DNA of 25,485 nt from a virus: IMG/VR virus record IMGVR_UViG_3300009618_000029, one strand, 5' to 3'. The position numbers and the translations under genes are program-made. The notes under the pieces were generated by a model. That model was not told the DNA's origin, ran no database searches, and saw only the letters and a program-made list of their open reading frames with translations. Positions 1 to 8,274 of this stretch are shown here, one piece after another. Position 1 is the first letter of the stretch, and the number at the start of each line of letters is the position of its first letter.

Positions 1-159
1 GATTCTTCGAGGCTTCTCCAGAACTATCTTCTGCCCTTTTCTGATCAGAAGGAGTTCGTCGCCCTTCTTTATACCGACTTCTCGTTGGATTTCCATTGGC
101 AGCGAAATCTGCCCCTTGTCCGAAACTTTCACCTTTTTGAAGGTAAGCTCGCTGGTCAC
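1..159 (-). CDS. AbrB/MazE/SpoVT-family DNA-binding protein/antitoxin (3'-partial)
   Basis: Hand translation from GTG at 159: MTSELTFKKVKVSDKGQISLPMEIQREVGIKKGDELLLIRKGQKIVLEKPRRI, with the typical KGQIxLP...GIKxGD motif. Not in the ORF track because it runs off the window. Confidence 0.85.
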   Translation of the reverse strand, partial: MTSELTFKKVKVSDKGQISLPMEIQREVGIKKGDELLLIRKGQKIVLEKPRRI

Positions 160-219
160 GGTTTCGTCGTTGAGTAAGGAAATCCTCACCTAAATAGGTT
201 CGTAGACTGCGATTGTACC

Positions 220-258
220 CTACCAGCATCTCCCAGAAATTCGCGGAAGTTTGGACAA
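220..258 (-). pseudogene. hicA: 5' remnant of a hicA-type toxin gene
   Basis: A TTG directly after the hicB stop gives MSKLPRISGRCW*. MSKLPRISGR is the typical HicA N-terminus, and the ORF is then cut off. Confidence 0.65.
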
Positions 259-471
259 CTACGCCACAATTTCGACTGCCTTTACGGCGAGTTTCGCTGT
301 CTCTCCTTCGTGTGTCCCTTCAAGAACTAAATGAATAGCTTCTTTGATTCTGCGAATAACTTCTTCTTCAGTTTTTGCTTCGGTCATAGCTGCCGGAAGT
401 TCTAGGCAGTGAGCCACATAGTACCCCGCCTCATCTCTTCGTATGTTTACGTGAAACGACCTATCCGACAA
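259..471 (-). CDS. hicB: HicB-family antitoxin (short form)
   Basis: GYYVAHCLELPAAMTEAKTEEEVIRRIKEAIHLVLE matches the HicB partial-RNase H motif. Confidence 0.88.
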   Translation of the reverse strand: MSDRSFHVNIRRDEAGYYVAHCLELPAAMTEAKTEEEVIRRIKEAIHLVLEGTHEGETAKLAVKAVEIVA

Positions 472-492
472 CCCGACTTCGACCTCAACCTA

Positions 493-511
493 GCTATAGC
501 GATTCTATAGC
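493..511. promoter_or_regulatory. Inverted repeat upstream of hicB, likely operator
   Basis: GCTATAG-cgatt-CTATAGC lies 22-40 bp upstream of the hicB start. Confidence 0.5.
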
Positions 512-760
512 CAAACAGCGTCGTCATGATGACAGGAGTATTTAGGAGTACCCTCCTCCCGCCGCCGGTGGGGTGACAGCATGAGTAGAATACCACAAGT
601 GCACTAGTTACGCCCGCGGATCCACACGTACAATTCATTTTACTTTCCTTGAAGTCTCGGGGTGGTTAGTGGGCGTCTCGCTGGTTTTATGGTTGTATTG
701 GATATGTGAATTTTCGGTGGCTTGTTTGGCTCTTGATGCTGATTCTAATGGCCGAGTTGT

Positions 761-1063
761 GTGTGGAGTATAGCTCGTATTCGGTTGGTTTGGTATTGGA
801 AGCGGTACATGCGGAAGGGGCGTTACCGTTGCAAGCGTTACCTCCTGTACCTACCGGTCGCGATAGGAGACCAAGTGGACCGATCCGTAGAGTATCTAGT
901 GCGCCTGTTTGGCCCGGCAATCGTCCTCGTGCCGGAGGGTACTGAGTTTCCGTTGTCGCGCTTAGAGAATTCGAATAACGCCAATCGGGAAAATCACGTG
1001 GGCCACGTGCGGTCATCGACAAATCTATTGCTAAAGGATTCAAATGCGGACTCTCGCGATTAA
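761..1063 (+). CDS. Hypothetical basic/aromatic beta-rich protein
   Basis: Protein-like N-terminal two thirds (RIRLVWYWKRY...YLLYLPVAIGD...VEYLVRLFG). Start is uncertain. Confidence 0.5.
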   Translation: MWSIARIRLVWYWKRYMRKGRYRCKRYLLYLPVAIGDQVDRSVEYLVRLFGPAIVLVPEGTEFPLSRLENSNNANRENHVGHVRSSTNLLLKDSNADSRD

Positions 1064-1107
1064 CTGCCGTAACGTTTGTCGCGGCTAGAGAGGGTTTTGC
1101 GCAGGAT

Positions 1108-1329
1108 CTGAGCGCCGCGTTACTCCTGAAACTGGTCGTCGTCCCCGGTGCCATCCTGGGCATCGCGTGGTGGATGGCGTACCGATGGAAGGCACCCGAG
1201 GTGGCCGCGGCCACGATCCTGGTCCCTGCAGCGATGTACGCTGGCCTGGTGGCCAACAACGTGATGGTCGCAGCGAAGAAGGTCAAGAAGACAGCGCTAA
1301 AAGCCATGAAGGATGCCGGGGCAAAGTAA
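1108..1329 (+). CDS. Small two-TM membrane protein with basic C-terminus (holin-like topology), putative CTG start
   Basis: Hand translation: (M)SAALLLKLVVVPGAILGIAWWMAYRWKAPEVAAATILVPAAMYAGLVANNVMVAAKKVKKTALKAMKDAGAK*. It ends 2 nt before the next ATG. Confidence 0.6.
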   Translation: MSAALLLKLVVVPGAILGIAWWMAYRWKAPEVAAATILVPAAMYAGLVANNVMVAAKKVKKTALKAMKDAGAK

Positions 1330-1331
1330 CC

Positions 1332-1859
1332 ATGTCAAAAGGAAATCCCCGTTTAACATTCCGCCTTTCCAGGAAGAAGGACCTAGCCATCCGTCTCCTG
1401 GCCAGGCAGAAGGGTCAACCAGTCGGAGAGTACTTGCGGGTGGTTGTAGAAGAACATCTACGAGGGGTGTCAGACACCCATTCATTAGGTGTCAGACACC
1501 TTGAGGACCTAACACGCCTCACCAGGGAGTTCATCACCCGTGCCCAGCTTGAGAGACAAAATCCAACCAAGGTTCCCATGAAGGCTGAGAAAGACGCACA
1601 GCTGCCGGGGGTCGAAAAACGAAGTGCCCTCGAGGAACTCACCTGGAAGGCCGTCCAGGCAGCCGTCTTGTACAGCAAGACCGAGGACGCTGCGAAGGAT
1701 GCTGAGGCCAGGTTGCTGGCGCTGCGTGTCGCAAACGGGCTGATGCGAACAGAACTCATGATTCTCAAACACACTGACGATGCATTCGTCGATGCCCTCC
1801 TCAAAGAGCTAGGGGTAGACTCGGATGGCTTGGCGGCGAAAACTCGAAAAGAAAGTTGA
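1332..1859 (+). CDS. terS: Ribbon-helix-helix DNA-binding protein, probable terminase small subunit
   Basis: The N-terminus PRLTFRLSRKKDLAIRLLARQKGQPVGEYLRVVVEEHL is RHH-like and is followed by a helical C-terminal domain. The gene overlaps terL. ATG 1332 is preferred over GTG 1167. TerS identity is positional. Confidence 0.55.
   Translation: MSKGNPRLTFRLSRKKDLAIRLLARQKGQPVGEYLRVVVEEHLRGVSDTHSLGVRHLEDLTRLTREFITRAQLERQNPTKVPMKAEKDAQLPGVEKRSALEELTWKAVQAAVLYSKTEDAAKDAEARLLALRVANGLMRTELMILKHTDDAFVDALLKELGVDSDGLAAKTRKES
1465..1501. repeat. Two copies of the palindrome GGTGTC-A-GACACC, centres 22 bp apart
   Basis: Copies at 1466-1478 and 1488-1500, each extendable by 1 bp. Confidence 0.9.
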
Positions 1860-2745
1860 GGAACGCCACAGAGGTGTTGTCGAAGTCACCGGGGCGTTTC
1901 AACGGTTACAGCGGATCGCTGCGAAGGGCCCGGTAGCATTCTGCAAGGAGGCCCTGGGATTCGAACCCACGAAATACCAGGTCGAGTTCCTCGAAGACAA
2001 GGCGCAATTCATCGCCCAGCTGTGGTCCAGGCAGTCGGGGAAAGACTACGCAGCTTGCAGCAAGCTCTTCTGGTACGCCGTCGCCAACGATGGAGTGCAG
2101 CTGGCCGTTGTGGGTCCCAGCTTTCGGCAAAGCAAGCTGGTAATTCGCAAGATCAACTCATTCATCCAACAGAGCCTTCCCAAGGATGTCCCCTACCGGG
2201 AAATCCTAGTCGGAAGGAAACCGCTGAAGACGAAGGTCTCCCTAGTCAACGGCTCAATCATCGAAGCCTACCCATGCAACCCCGACACCATACGCGGGCC
2301 AACATTGAATGGAATCCTGGCGACAGAGTTCAACTTCGTCCGTGACGACGTCGACCTGTACGACGCTATTCTTTTCACACTTGGGACAACGAACGGTTTC
2401 TTCATCGCTAACTCGACGCCCTGGTCCCGCAATCACATATTCTATAAAATTTGCAACGACCCTGAGTTCGATGATTACAGCCGTCACCATGTCAACTGGG
2501 AACAAGCCCTGGAACCAAACGGACCCCTGAAGAAAGGGATCCTTGCGAAGATCAAGAAACAGTTCGCCAGCGACCCGTGGCGTTGGCGCCGTGAGATGGA
2601 AGCAGAGTGGAGCGAAGACGACGATTGCTGGCTCCCTACTTCGCTAATCACTGGCTGTACGGATCCGGAAATGGAGATTAAGGAATTTGGCGGCGAACTC
2701 CACAGCTTCTGGTCAACAGACCTCCCCCCAGACCTCCCGCGCTGA
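1825..2745 (+). CDS. terL: Terminase large subunit, N-terminal ATPase domain
   Basis: Q motif (PTKYQ), Walker A-like WSRQSGKD, GPSFRQS, TIRGPTLNGILATE (Walker B region), ANSTPW motif III, REMEAEW. Confidence 0.92.
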   Translation: MAWRRKLEKKVEERHRGVVEVTGAFQRLQRIAAKGPVAFCKEALGFEPTKYQVEFLEDKAQFIAQLWSRQSGKDYAACSKLFWYAVANDGVQLAVVGPSFRQSKLVIRKINSFIQQSLPKDVPYREILVGRKPLKTKVSLVNGSIIEAYPCNPDTIRGPTLNGILATEFNFVRDDVDLYDAILFTLGTTNGFFIANSTPWSRNHIFYKICNDPEFDDYSRHHVNWEQALEPNGPLKKGILAKIKKQFASDPWRWRREMEAEWSEDDDCWLPTSLITGCTDPEMEIKEFGGELHSFWSTDLPPDLPR

Positions 2746-3274
2746 CTACTGGGTCGGCGTCGACCTCGGGAAGAAAGTCGACTACAGTGTCGTGGCAGTC
2801 ATAAGGAAGGACGGTGACATCTTCCGCCTAGTGGGCCTGAAGATCTTCCCGCTCGGAACAGACTACACAGGCGAGACAGGCGTCATCAGCTTCCTCAAAG
2901 TCCTCAACCAGAAACTGCAAACCATCCACAAGATTCTCATGGACCAGACCGGCGTTGGAGAGAGCGTCGTAGAAGAAGCGAAGAAATCAGTACCCCACGT
3001 CGGGGGCATAATGCTCTCGGAGTCATCCAAGCAAGACATCATGAACTTCCTCAAGATGATGATGCAACAGAAACGGCTCCTAATCGCCTACCAACTCGAT
3101 GTAGCCAACGAACTGAACATTGAACGGTTCCAACTCACGAAGGCAGGCAAGATTCAGTACAGCCACCCAGACGGTACCCATGACGACCGCACCTGGGCCG
3201 TCGCCCTGGCCGTATTCGCAACAAGAGGCCCAACGGTCCCTGGTTTCAAACCGTACTCACGATCGTTTGGTTGA
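2687..3274 (+). CDS. terL: Terminase large subunit, C-terminal RNase H-like nuclease domain (+1 frame relative to the ATPase ORF)
   Basis: WVGVDLGKKVDYSVVAV, MDQTGVGESVVE and HPDGTHDDRTWAVALA motifs. Confidence 0.92.
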   Translation: MAANSTASGQQTSPQTSRADYWVGVDLGKKVDYSVVAVIRKDGDIFRLVGLKIFPLGTDYTGETGVISFLKVLNQKLQTIHKILMDQTGVGESVVEEAKKSVPHVGGIMLSESSKQDIMNFLKMMMQQKRLLIAYQLDVANELNIERFQLTKAGKIQYSHPDGTHDDRTWAVALAVFATRGPTVPGFKPYSRSFG

Positions 3275-3281
3275 GGCTCAA

Positions 3282-3518
3282 TTGTCGGCGAAGCACGTAC
3301 TCCTGCAGTTGCTGAAGTTCGGTGTCAGCGGACTCGTTGGTGTTTCGGTTAGCACCGTGCTCTATTACGGTTTGAAGGGCCAGCTACCGGACCTGTTCTG
3401 GACCGTGCTGTTGTACCGGTTCAATGCGGTTGATGTGGGATTCTATGAGCTCACCACAATCATCGGGGGCACCGTCCACTTCCTGTTGAGTAAGGTTTGG
3501 GTCTTCGAAAAGAAATGA
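3282..3518 (+). CDS. GtrA-like small membrane protein (half-length)
   Basis: QLLKFGVSGLVGVSV...IIGGTVHFLLSKVWVF resembles the GtrA N- and C-terminal motifs. TTG 3282 follows GAGG, and the stop overlaps the portal ATG. Confidence 0.6.
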   Translation: MSAKHVLLQLLKFGVSGLVGVSVSTVLYYGLKGQLPDLFWTVLLYRFNAVDVGFYELTTIIGGTVHFLLSKVWVFEKK

Positions 3519-5155
3519 CTAAGGCAAAGAACAAACCACCGCCTCGTAAGCGGCGTAAGCGTTCCGTAACAAACAAGCGAAACGCGACAACTAAGCGGCC
3601 GATGATGGCCACCAAACGGGCCGAGGTGAGAGACCATCGTCCCTTAGCAGGGACCAGGGTCGCCGGTTCAAGTGGCCTCGGCGACTTCTCAGCTCTCGAA
3701 CGGATCCCAGGCGTTACAGTGAAAGAGAACACGATCTCCTTCCCGTATCTAGGAACGCCCCAAGGCGTTCGTATTGCTGTTCATTCTAGCTCGAGGCGTG
3801 TTGCTGAAGCAGCCGCAATGCAACTAAGCGGCCTCCCTCTGAGTCGTCAGCTCTCAGCCGCCAAGTCCCAATATTATCTTGGGATGACGCAAACCATCTT
3901 CGACGCTTACAAGGGGATGGAGAAGCACTACCGCGCCTATCGTATGGATGCGCTCGTGCGCGGCTGCATCAACGCCCTCGCCTACTGGACCACGAAGGAG
4001 TCTTTCGACGCTGTTCTGGAACCGGTCGGCGAAGGCCTAACCCCGCAGCAAGAGGAAAAGATCATTGCTGATAATTTGCCGTTGAAACAGTGGATTGACA
4101 AAATCAACCTCCGCGTCGACCTCGACCATGTTCTGTATGCCGGCATCATCGGTGCCAAGATTTACGGCAAGAAAGGTTTCGAAATTGAACTCAACGCGAA
4201 GATGGAACCGAATCGCCTAATCTCCCTCCCACTCCTAACCATCTACGACCTGCGCCCCGACGTCGACGAGGACTGGGTGCTGCAAGGGTTCTGGTGGCGT
4301 GGCCAAAAAGACTTCTACAAACCAAGCGAGTTACTCTATTTCACAAACAACTCTCTCGAATCAGATTGGGAAGGCCTCAGCGAGATCGAACCAGTCCTAG
4401 ACGACGTGATCACCAGGGCCAAGATCCGCATAGAAGACCTCCAAGAGGCTGCGACAACTCTCTGGGCCGGCATAGCCATACACAGCCTAGATGTGGATCG
4501 CCTGCCTGCCGGATTAACCGACGCCGACGTGCAGGACCTCATTAACACGCACATCGCATCGCTGCGTCCTGGAAAGCATATTGCCACAGACAATCGTTGG
4601 ACCGTTCAGGTTATCGACATCAAGCCTGACCTCCCAGGCCTCGTCGCAGTCAAGACCGACCTAGACCAGGAGATCATTGGGAACTTTCAGGTTCCGAAAT
4701 TCATTCTTAATCGCACCGAAGCCGTGAACCGGGCAACAAGCTATAGTCAACTGGAGTCCTTTGTCGATGGCCCAATAACGGCTATTCAACGGTGGGTGCA
4801 GCTTATTGTTGAGCAGCAATGGTACGACCCTCTGACACGCTTCTACCTCAAGACTCCCACGGGCCAGGATCCGCCGGTGCGTGTGCGGCATCGGTGGCGT
4901 GAGATTCGCACAACCGACTTCTTCGCACTCCTCACCGCAGTCTCAGTTGCCTACGACGGTGGGCTGGGATTCGTGAACTTAGAGAAGGCGTACGAGATCA
5001 TGCGGGATGGACCCTCTTCCGCTTTTGACCCCGCGGAGGTCAAAGAGCCGGTAGCAACGCAGCCACCTAGCCCAACCGGCCCAGCAACTGAAGAGCCGGA
5101 ATCCCCCGCTGAAGTCAAAGAGGAAACGGAACAACAAGAGCTAGAAGGACAATGA
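3515..5155 (+). CDS. Portal protein
   Basis: About 546 aa, located after terL. Motifs IYGKKGFEI, WEGLSEIEPVLDD and IIGNFQVPKFILNRTEAVNRATSYSQLESF...AIQRWVQLIVEQQWY. ATGA overlap at 3515-3518. Confidence 0.88.
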   Translation: MTKAKNKPPPRKRRKRSVTNKRNATTKRPMMATKRAEVRDHRPLAGTRVAGSSGLGDFSALERIPGVTVKENTISFPYLGTPQGVRIAVHSSSRRVAEAAAMQLSGLPLSRQLSAAKSQYYLGMTQTIFDAYKGMEKHYRAYRMDALVRGCINALAYWTTKESFDAVLEPVGEGLTPQQEEKIIADNLPLKQWIDKINLRVDLDHVLYAGIIGAKIYGKKGFEIELNAKMEPNRLISLPLLTIYDLRPDVDEDWVLQGFWWRGQKDFYKPSELLYFTNNSLESDWEGLSEIEPVLDDVITRAKIRIEDLQEAATTLWAGIAIHSLDVDRLPAGLTDADVQDLINTHIASLRPGKHIATDNRWTVQVIDIKPDLPGLVAVKTDLDQEIIGNFQVPKFILNRTEAVNRATSYSQLESFVDGPITAIQRWVQLIVEQQWYDPLTRFYLKTPTGQDPPVRVRHRWREIRTTDFFALLTAVSVAYDGGLGFVNLEKAYEIMRDGPSSAFDPAEVKEPVATQPPSPTGPATEEPESPAEVKEETEQQELEGQ

Positions 5156-5289
5156 GACCGAGAAAAGAAATCGAAGCCGACGCAAAGTCCGGAAACCCAC
5201 TCGACGCTCTCCGCCTCGAGGTACTCCTAGACATACGGGATCTGCAGCTACGTGCGAGGCGCCCATCAATGGTTCTCAGTGAAGCATGA
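5152..5289 (+). CDS. 45-aa protein coupled to the portal gene
   Basis: ATGA overlap with the portal stop. MRPRKEIEADAKSGNPLDALRLEVLLDIRDLQLRARRPSMVLSEA*. Confidence 0.65.
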   Translation: MRPRKEIEADAKSGNPLDALRLEVLLDIRDLQLRARRPSMVLSEA

Positions 5290-5470
5290 TGGGAAAGAAG
5301 GGCCTTGTCAAGTCTTCGTGGGTTCAAAGGATTACGAGAAAACAACAATAATCTATCAAACTAGCCGCATTATATACAGTTCGGATGAGGTCACTAAAGC
5401 AAGTCTATTAAAGTGACAGCGGAAACTAGTACTCCACCAGGTGTAGTTCGCATAAGTTCGGCGTTGGGAA

Positions 5471-5983
5471 ATGCCCGATTTCGGAAAGTTGATTGATGAA
5501 GCCGCGATAGTCGAATCACGACTCGCAGCTATGCAAAGGGTAGGTAAAGTTGACAGGAAAATCGGGCCACATCTCGACCATTTGGTCATGTATTCTAGCA
5601 AACAAGAACAATTTTGGGGAAATGCAAACCCCTCACCTGCTAACTTCACAATGTATCACTCTTGGCGAAACCTTCGACTGATATTCTCCAAGATGCGCGT
5701 AAGATTCGCGCAGGCACACGTGGCACATGACAACCCTCTCGTAGTCGAACAAGCAAGAATGATTTTTCCGCGCATTCTTACGACAATCGCGACTCTCGTG
5801 TCCATGGAAAGCGACCCAACTCAAACTAATTCAGACGATGTGATGAATTATGTGCGCGAATTGCGTTCATCTGCCCGGGCAGTCCAAATGATTGACCCTA
5901 GGGATAACCTGAAGGGAGTGGACAAGGCGAAGTTGATTACGGCCTTCGACGAGTTATTGAAGCCGATGACGACTTCTGACTGA
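5471..5983 (+). CDS. Hypothetical alpha-helical protein (moron), coupled to a PIN-like gene
   Basis: 170-aa ORF with amphipathic helices. No family recognised. Confidence 0.7.
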   Translation: MPDFGKLIDEAAIVESRLAAMQRVGKVDRKIGPHLDHLVMYSSKQEQFWGNANPSPANFTMYHSWRNLRLIFSKMRVRFAQAHVAHDNPLVVEQARMIFPRILTTIATLVSMESDPTQTNSDDVMNYVRELRSSARAVQMIDPRDNLKGVDKAKLITAFDELLKPMTTSD

Positions 5984-6731
5984 CAATAAGGTTCTCATCG
6001 AGACATCGGTTTTACTGTCTGGTTCGATTTACGCGGCGAAGGCAGGCGTTGTTCAGTTCAAGGACACCCACTTCGATAGGTCAATGCGGCTCTTTGGATA
6101 TCTGAAAGCCCATCGTGAAATTGGACTTGTAACCAAAACTGTCGAAATTGAGGCATCACACAAACTAAACAGTGCTGTTACACAGCGTCTCAATCCAAGC
6201 CTTTCAAATGAAATACGCTCCACGGTTCTGAACCTTTGTTGGGACAGGATGCACGAGCTTCTTGGTTGTTTAGCTATGGTGGATGTCACGAATAAGTCAC
6301 GGTTGGCCGAAAGATTAGGGGATGTTGTGACCATGTACGGAAAACTGTTGGGTGCGGCAAGACAGACGGCGGGTTCTAAGGTGAGGAGTCATGTGAAAAG
6401 CCGCCTAACGACAGTACCCCCATATCTCAGAGGCATTGCTTCAAACATATACGCTAGGCAATTTTTGGTTGATAGGACGCAGCTTAGACGGCTTCTAGGT
6501 AAATCGCCAAGTCTTAACGACCAAACCATACTCGCCGAAGCAGCCTGTCTAACGGAAGTCTACAATAAGATCGAGGCGACTACAATGTTTCTTGCTTCGA
6601 CAGACTTGTTATTTTCTCCAATGCTAAACGAAGATGGGACGGTGAAATCAGACATAATTACAGTTGAGATTAGACAAAGGTTTTCGGTTGAGTGTGACTG
6701 GCCGCATCGCATATCGCAACGCCTTGAGTGA
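5976..6731 (+). CDS. PIN-domain-like nuclease, putative CTG start
   Basis: The frame is open upstream of the called ATG 6084, giving (M)TDNKVLIETSVLLSG, which resembles PIN strand 1 with E for D. Later motifs NDQTILAEA and FLASTDLLF match the PIN C-terminal acidic motifs. Confidence 0.55.
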   Translation: MTDNKVLIETSVLLSGSIYAAKAGVVQFKDTHFDRSMRLFGYLKAHREIGLVTKTVEIEASHKLNSAVTQRLNPSLSNEIRSTVLNLCWDRMHELLGCLAMVDVTNKSRLAERLGDVVTMYGKLLGAARQTAGSKVRSHVKSRLTTVPPYLRGIASNIYARQFLVDRTQLRRLLGKSPSLNDQTILAEAACLTEVYNKIEATTMFLASTDLLFSPMLNEDGTVKSDIITVEIRQRFSVECDWPHRISQRLE

Positions 6732-6983
6732 GTTAAGAGATAATGTCTGTGGTGGTCGGACATCAGAAGTTTTTCTAATCCAGAACACCGCAACCCACCC
6801 GGCGAAACTTGACAACGACAAAGTAGGAAGGCGCCGACGACAACTTGAGAGAATCGAAAGAAGGGAATACGACGCCGCGGCCTGCAGCCAAGCGGTGAGC
6901 ATGCGCCCGGTAGGAATCCTCCGCACAAGACGCCGAAAGCCACGCTTGAAGAGAGTTTCAGTCCCTAGTTTGCTGATGAAAGC

Positions 6984-7094
6984 TTGAGCACTGCCTCAAC
7001 CGGATACTGTCCCTACTGCGGCTATCCCCTCGCTACAGTTGAGGCAGCCGACGGTACAATCATCAAAAAATGCATTTGGTGCATGCAAACTTAG
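6984..7094 (+). CDS. 36-aa zinc-ribbon-like protein
   Basis: TTG start. MSTASTGYCPYCGYPLATVEAADGTIIKKCIWCMQT* contains two CxxC motifs. Confidence 0.55.
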   Translation: MSTASTGYCPYCGYPLATVEAADGTIIKKCIWCMQT

Positions 7095-7202
7095 CGCTCT
7101 ACGCTTTCGGTCTAGAATTTACTGCTCGCAACAGACGATCATAACGAAGTCAATCAAGTAAGACGTGTAGTTGTCGGTTGACCAGTTTTCATTCCCCATC
7201 TT

Positions 7203-8252
7203 TTAGCAACGTCTGAGCATTAGGCCCAGCAAGCTACACTTTTTTACAGATCTAGCCACGCCATTTTCCGTTATGGTAATTGCTCCGGCTAACTGTTGTA
7301 ATGTTGTGTTCGGTAGTTTCGCAAGCCAGATTTGTCCATAGCCAACGATATTGTCTGTTGCGGCATAGAAAACGTAGATCCCATCTGGCCTAACAACCAC
7401 TTCCTGGTCCCCAATCTGGTCGAATCGACTGCCTTCAATGGTGCGAGCAATTAACGGACTCGTCTTCCAGAACACCTGCGTCCAATGTACGCCGTCAGTT
7501 GAGGTTGACAACGCTATTTGCAAAGGCACTTTAGAGTAGTCATTCCAAAACATGTAGTAAACCCCGCTGTCGTAAAGCACATCTTGGTTTCCAACCCTGA
7601 AACCTTGACGCCTCCCGCCAAGCACAGGATTCACGGAGTTCCTTACCCAGTCGTGGATTCCGTCAGGAGACGATGCCAAGCATGAAGCCCAATAGCTAGA
7701 GGAACGGAAGGTGGCAAGGGTGGCTGTGCATTCGTAGTACATTAGCCAAGTGCCGTTCGGCAACTGGAGAACTGAAGGATTCCACTTGTAGTTGTCGTAG
7801 GGTTGATTCGGCGGCAACACGCCGTATTGCTGTGCGAAGTGAGTCCAATGGATCCCATCTTGGCTATATTGGGTCAACAAGCCCCGAGTGTAAAAGAACA
7901 GAGTAGTTGAGTTGTATCTTACAATCATGCTTAATCGCTGGTCTGTAACCTTACCAAACTTCGTCCAATGCAGGGCATCGGAACTTTCAGCGTAACAAGT
8001 TTGAGACTGGTGCCACTCGTTGCAGCTGTACCACATTCTCCAAACATCATTCTCGTAGATAACCGTGGGCTCCCCAATCGCTCCCGAACCGCCACCCTCC
8101 ACTGCAAGACTTGGAGTCATAATCATGTACTTCTGCCAATTCAAGACAACTGGATACCAAGGTAACGCGATCGACAGAATTATTGTCACTACGAGAAGCG
8201 CACTTACCACTAGTTGCGACTTCATACTCATCAAGAGCCAACCTGTGCGCAT
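7203..8252 (-). CDS. Membrane-anchored/secreted five-bladed beta-propeller, glycoside-hydrolase-like (GH32/43/130-type fold)
   Basis: N-terminal hydrophobic helix plus repeated blades (EPTVIYENDVWRMWYS, NPSVLQLPNGTWLMYYE, NPVLG, DVLYDSGVYYMFW, STSTDGVHW). Confidence 0.72.
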   Translation of the reverse strand: MRTGWLLMSMKSQLVVSALLVVTIILSIALPWYPVVLNWQKYMIMTPSLAVEGGGSGAIGEPTVIYENDVWRMWYSCNEWHQSQTCYAESSDALHWTKFGKVTDQRLSMIVRYNSTTLFFYTRGLLTQYSQDGIHWTHFAQQYGVLPPNQPYDNYKWNPSVLQLPNGTWLMYYECTATLATFRSSSYWASCLASSPDGIHDWVRNSVNPVLGGRRQGFRVGNQDVLYDSGVYYMFWNDYSKVPLQIALSTSTDGVHWTQVFWKTSPLIARTIEGSRFDQIGDQEVVVRPDGIYVFYAATDNIVGYGQIWLAKLPNTTLQQLAGAITITENGVARSVKKCSLLGLMLRRC

Positions 8253-8274
8253 AAAATAGTTTTCTCGTTCGGCC

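Noticed and set aside
1059-1092. GCCGT-aacgtttgtc-GCGGC stem starting with the same GCCGTAAC as the TMP intron
   Set aside because: The central helix pairs only 3/4, neither bulge ends in A, and no stop or frameshift needs repair, so there is no independent support for splicing.
687-1307. 206-aa reverse-strand ORF and many similar antisense or overlapping ORFs in the track (e.g. 11003-11653, 14591-14998, 19044-19442)
   Set aside because: They are shadows of GC-rich coding genes on the other strand or frame, with no recognisable motifs or RBS.
1167-1331. N-terminal extension of the RHH/TerS ORF from GTG 1167
   Set aside because: Low-quality translation overlapping a better two-TM ORF in another frame. 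The RHH domain starts at ATG 1332.
6664-6987. 107-aa Arg-rich ORF and a 12-mer GGAATCC(T/C)CCGC shared with the portal 3' end
   Set aside because: Composition is not protein-like and the similarity is too short to claim another junction duplication.
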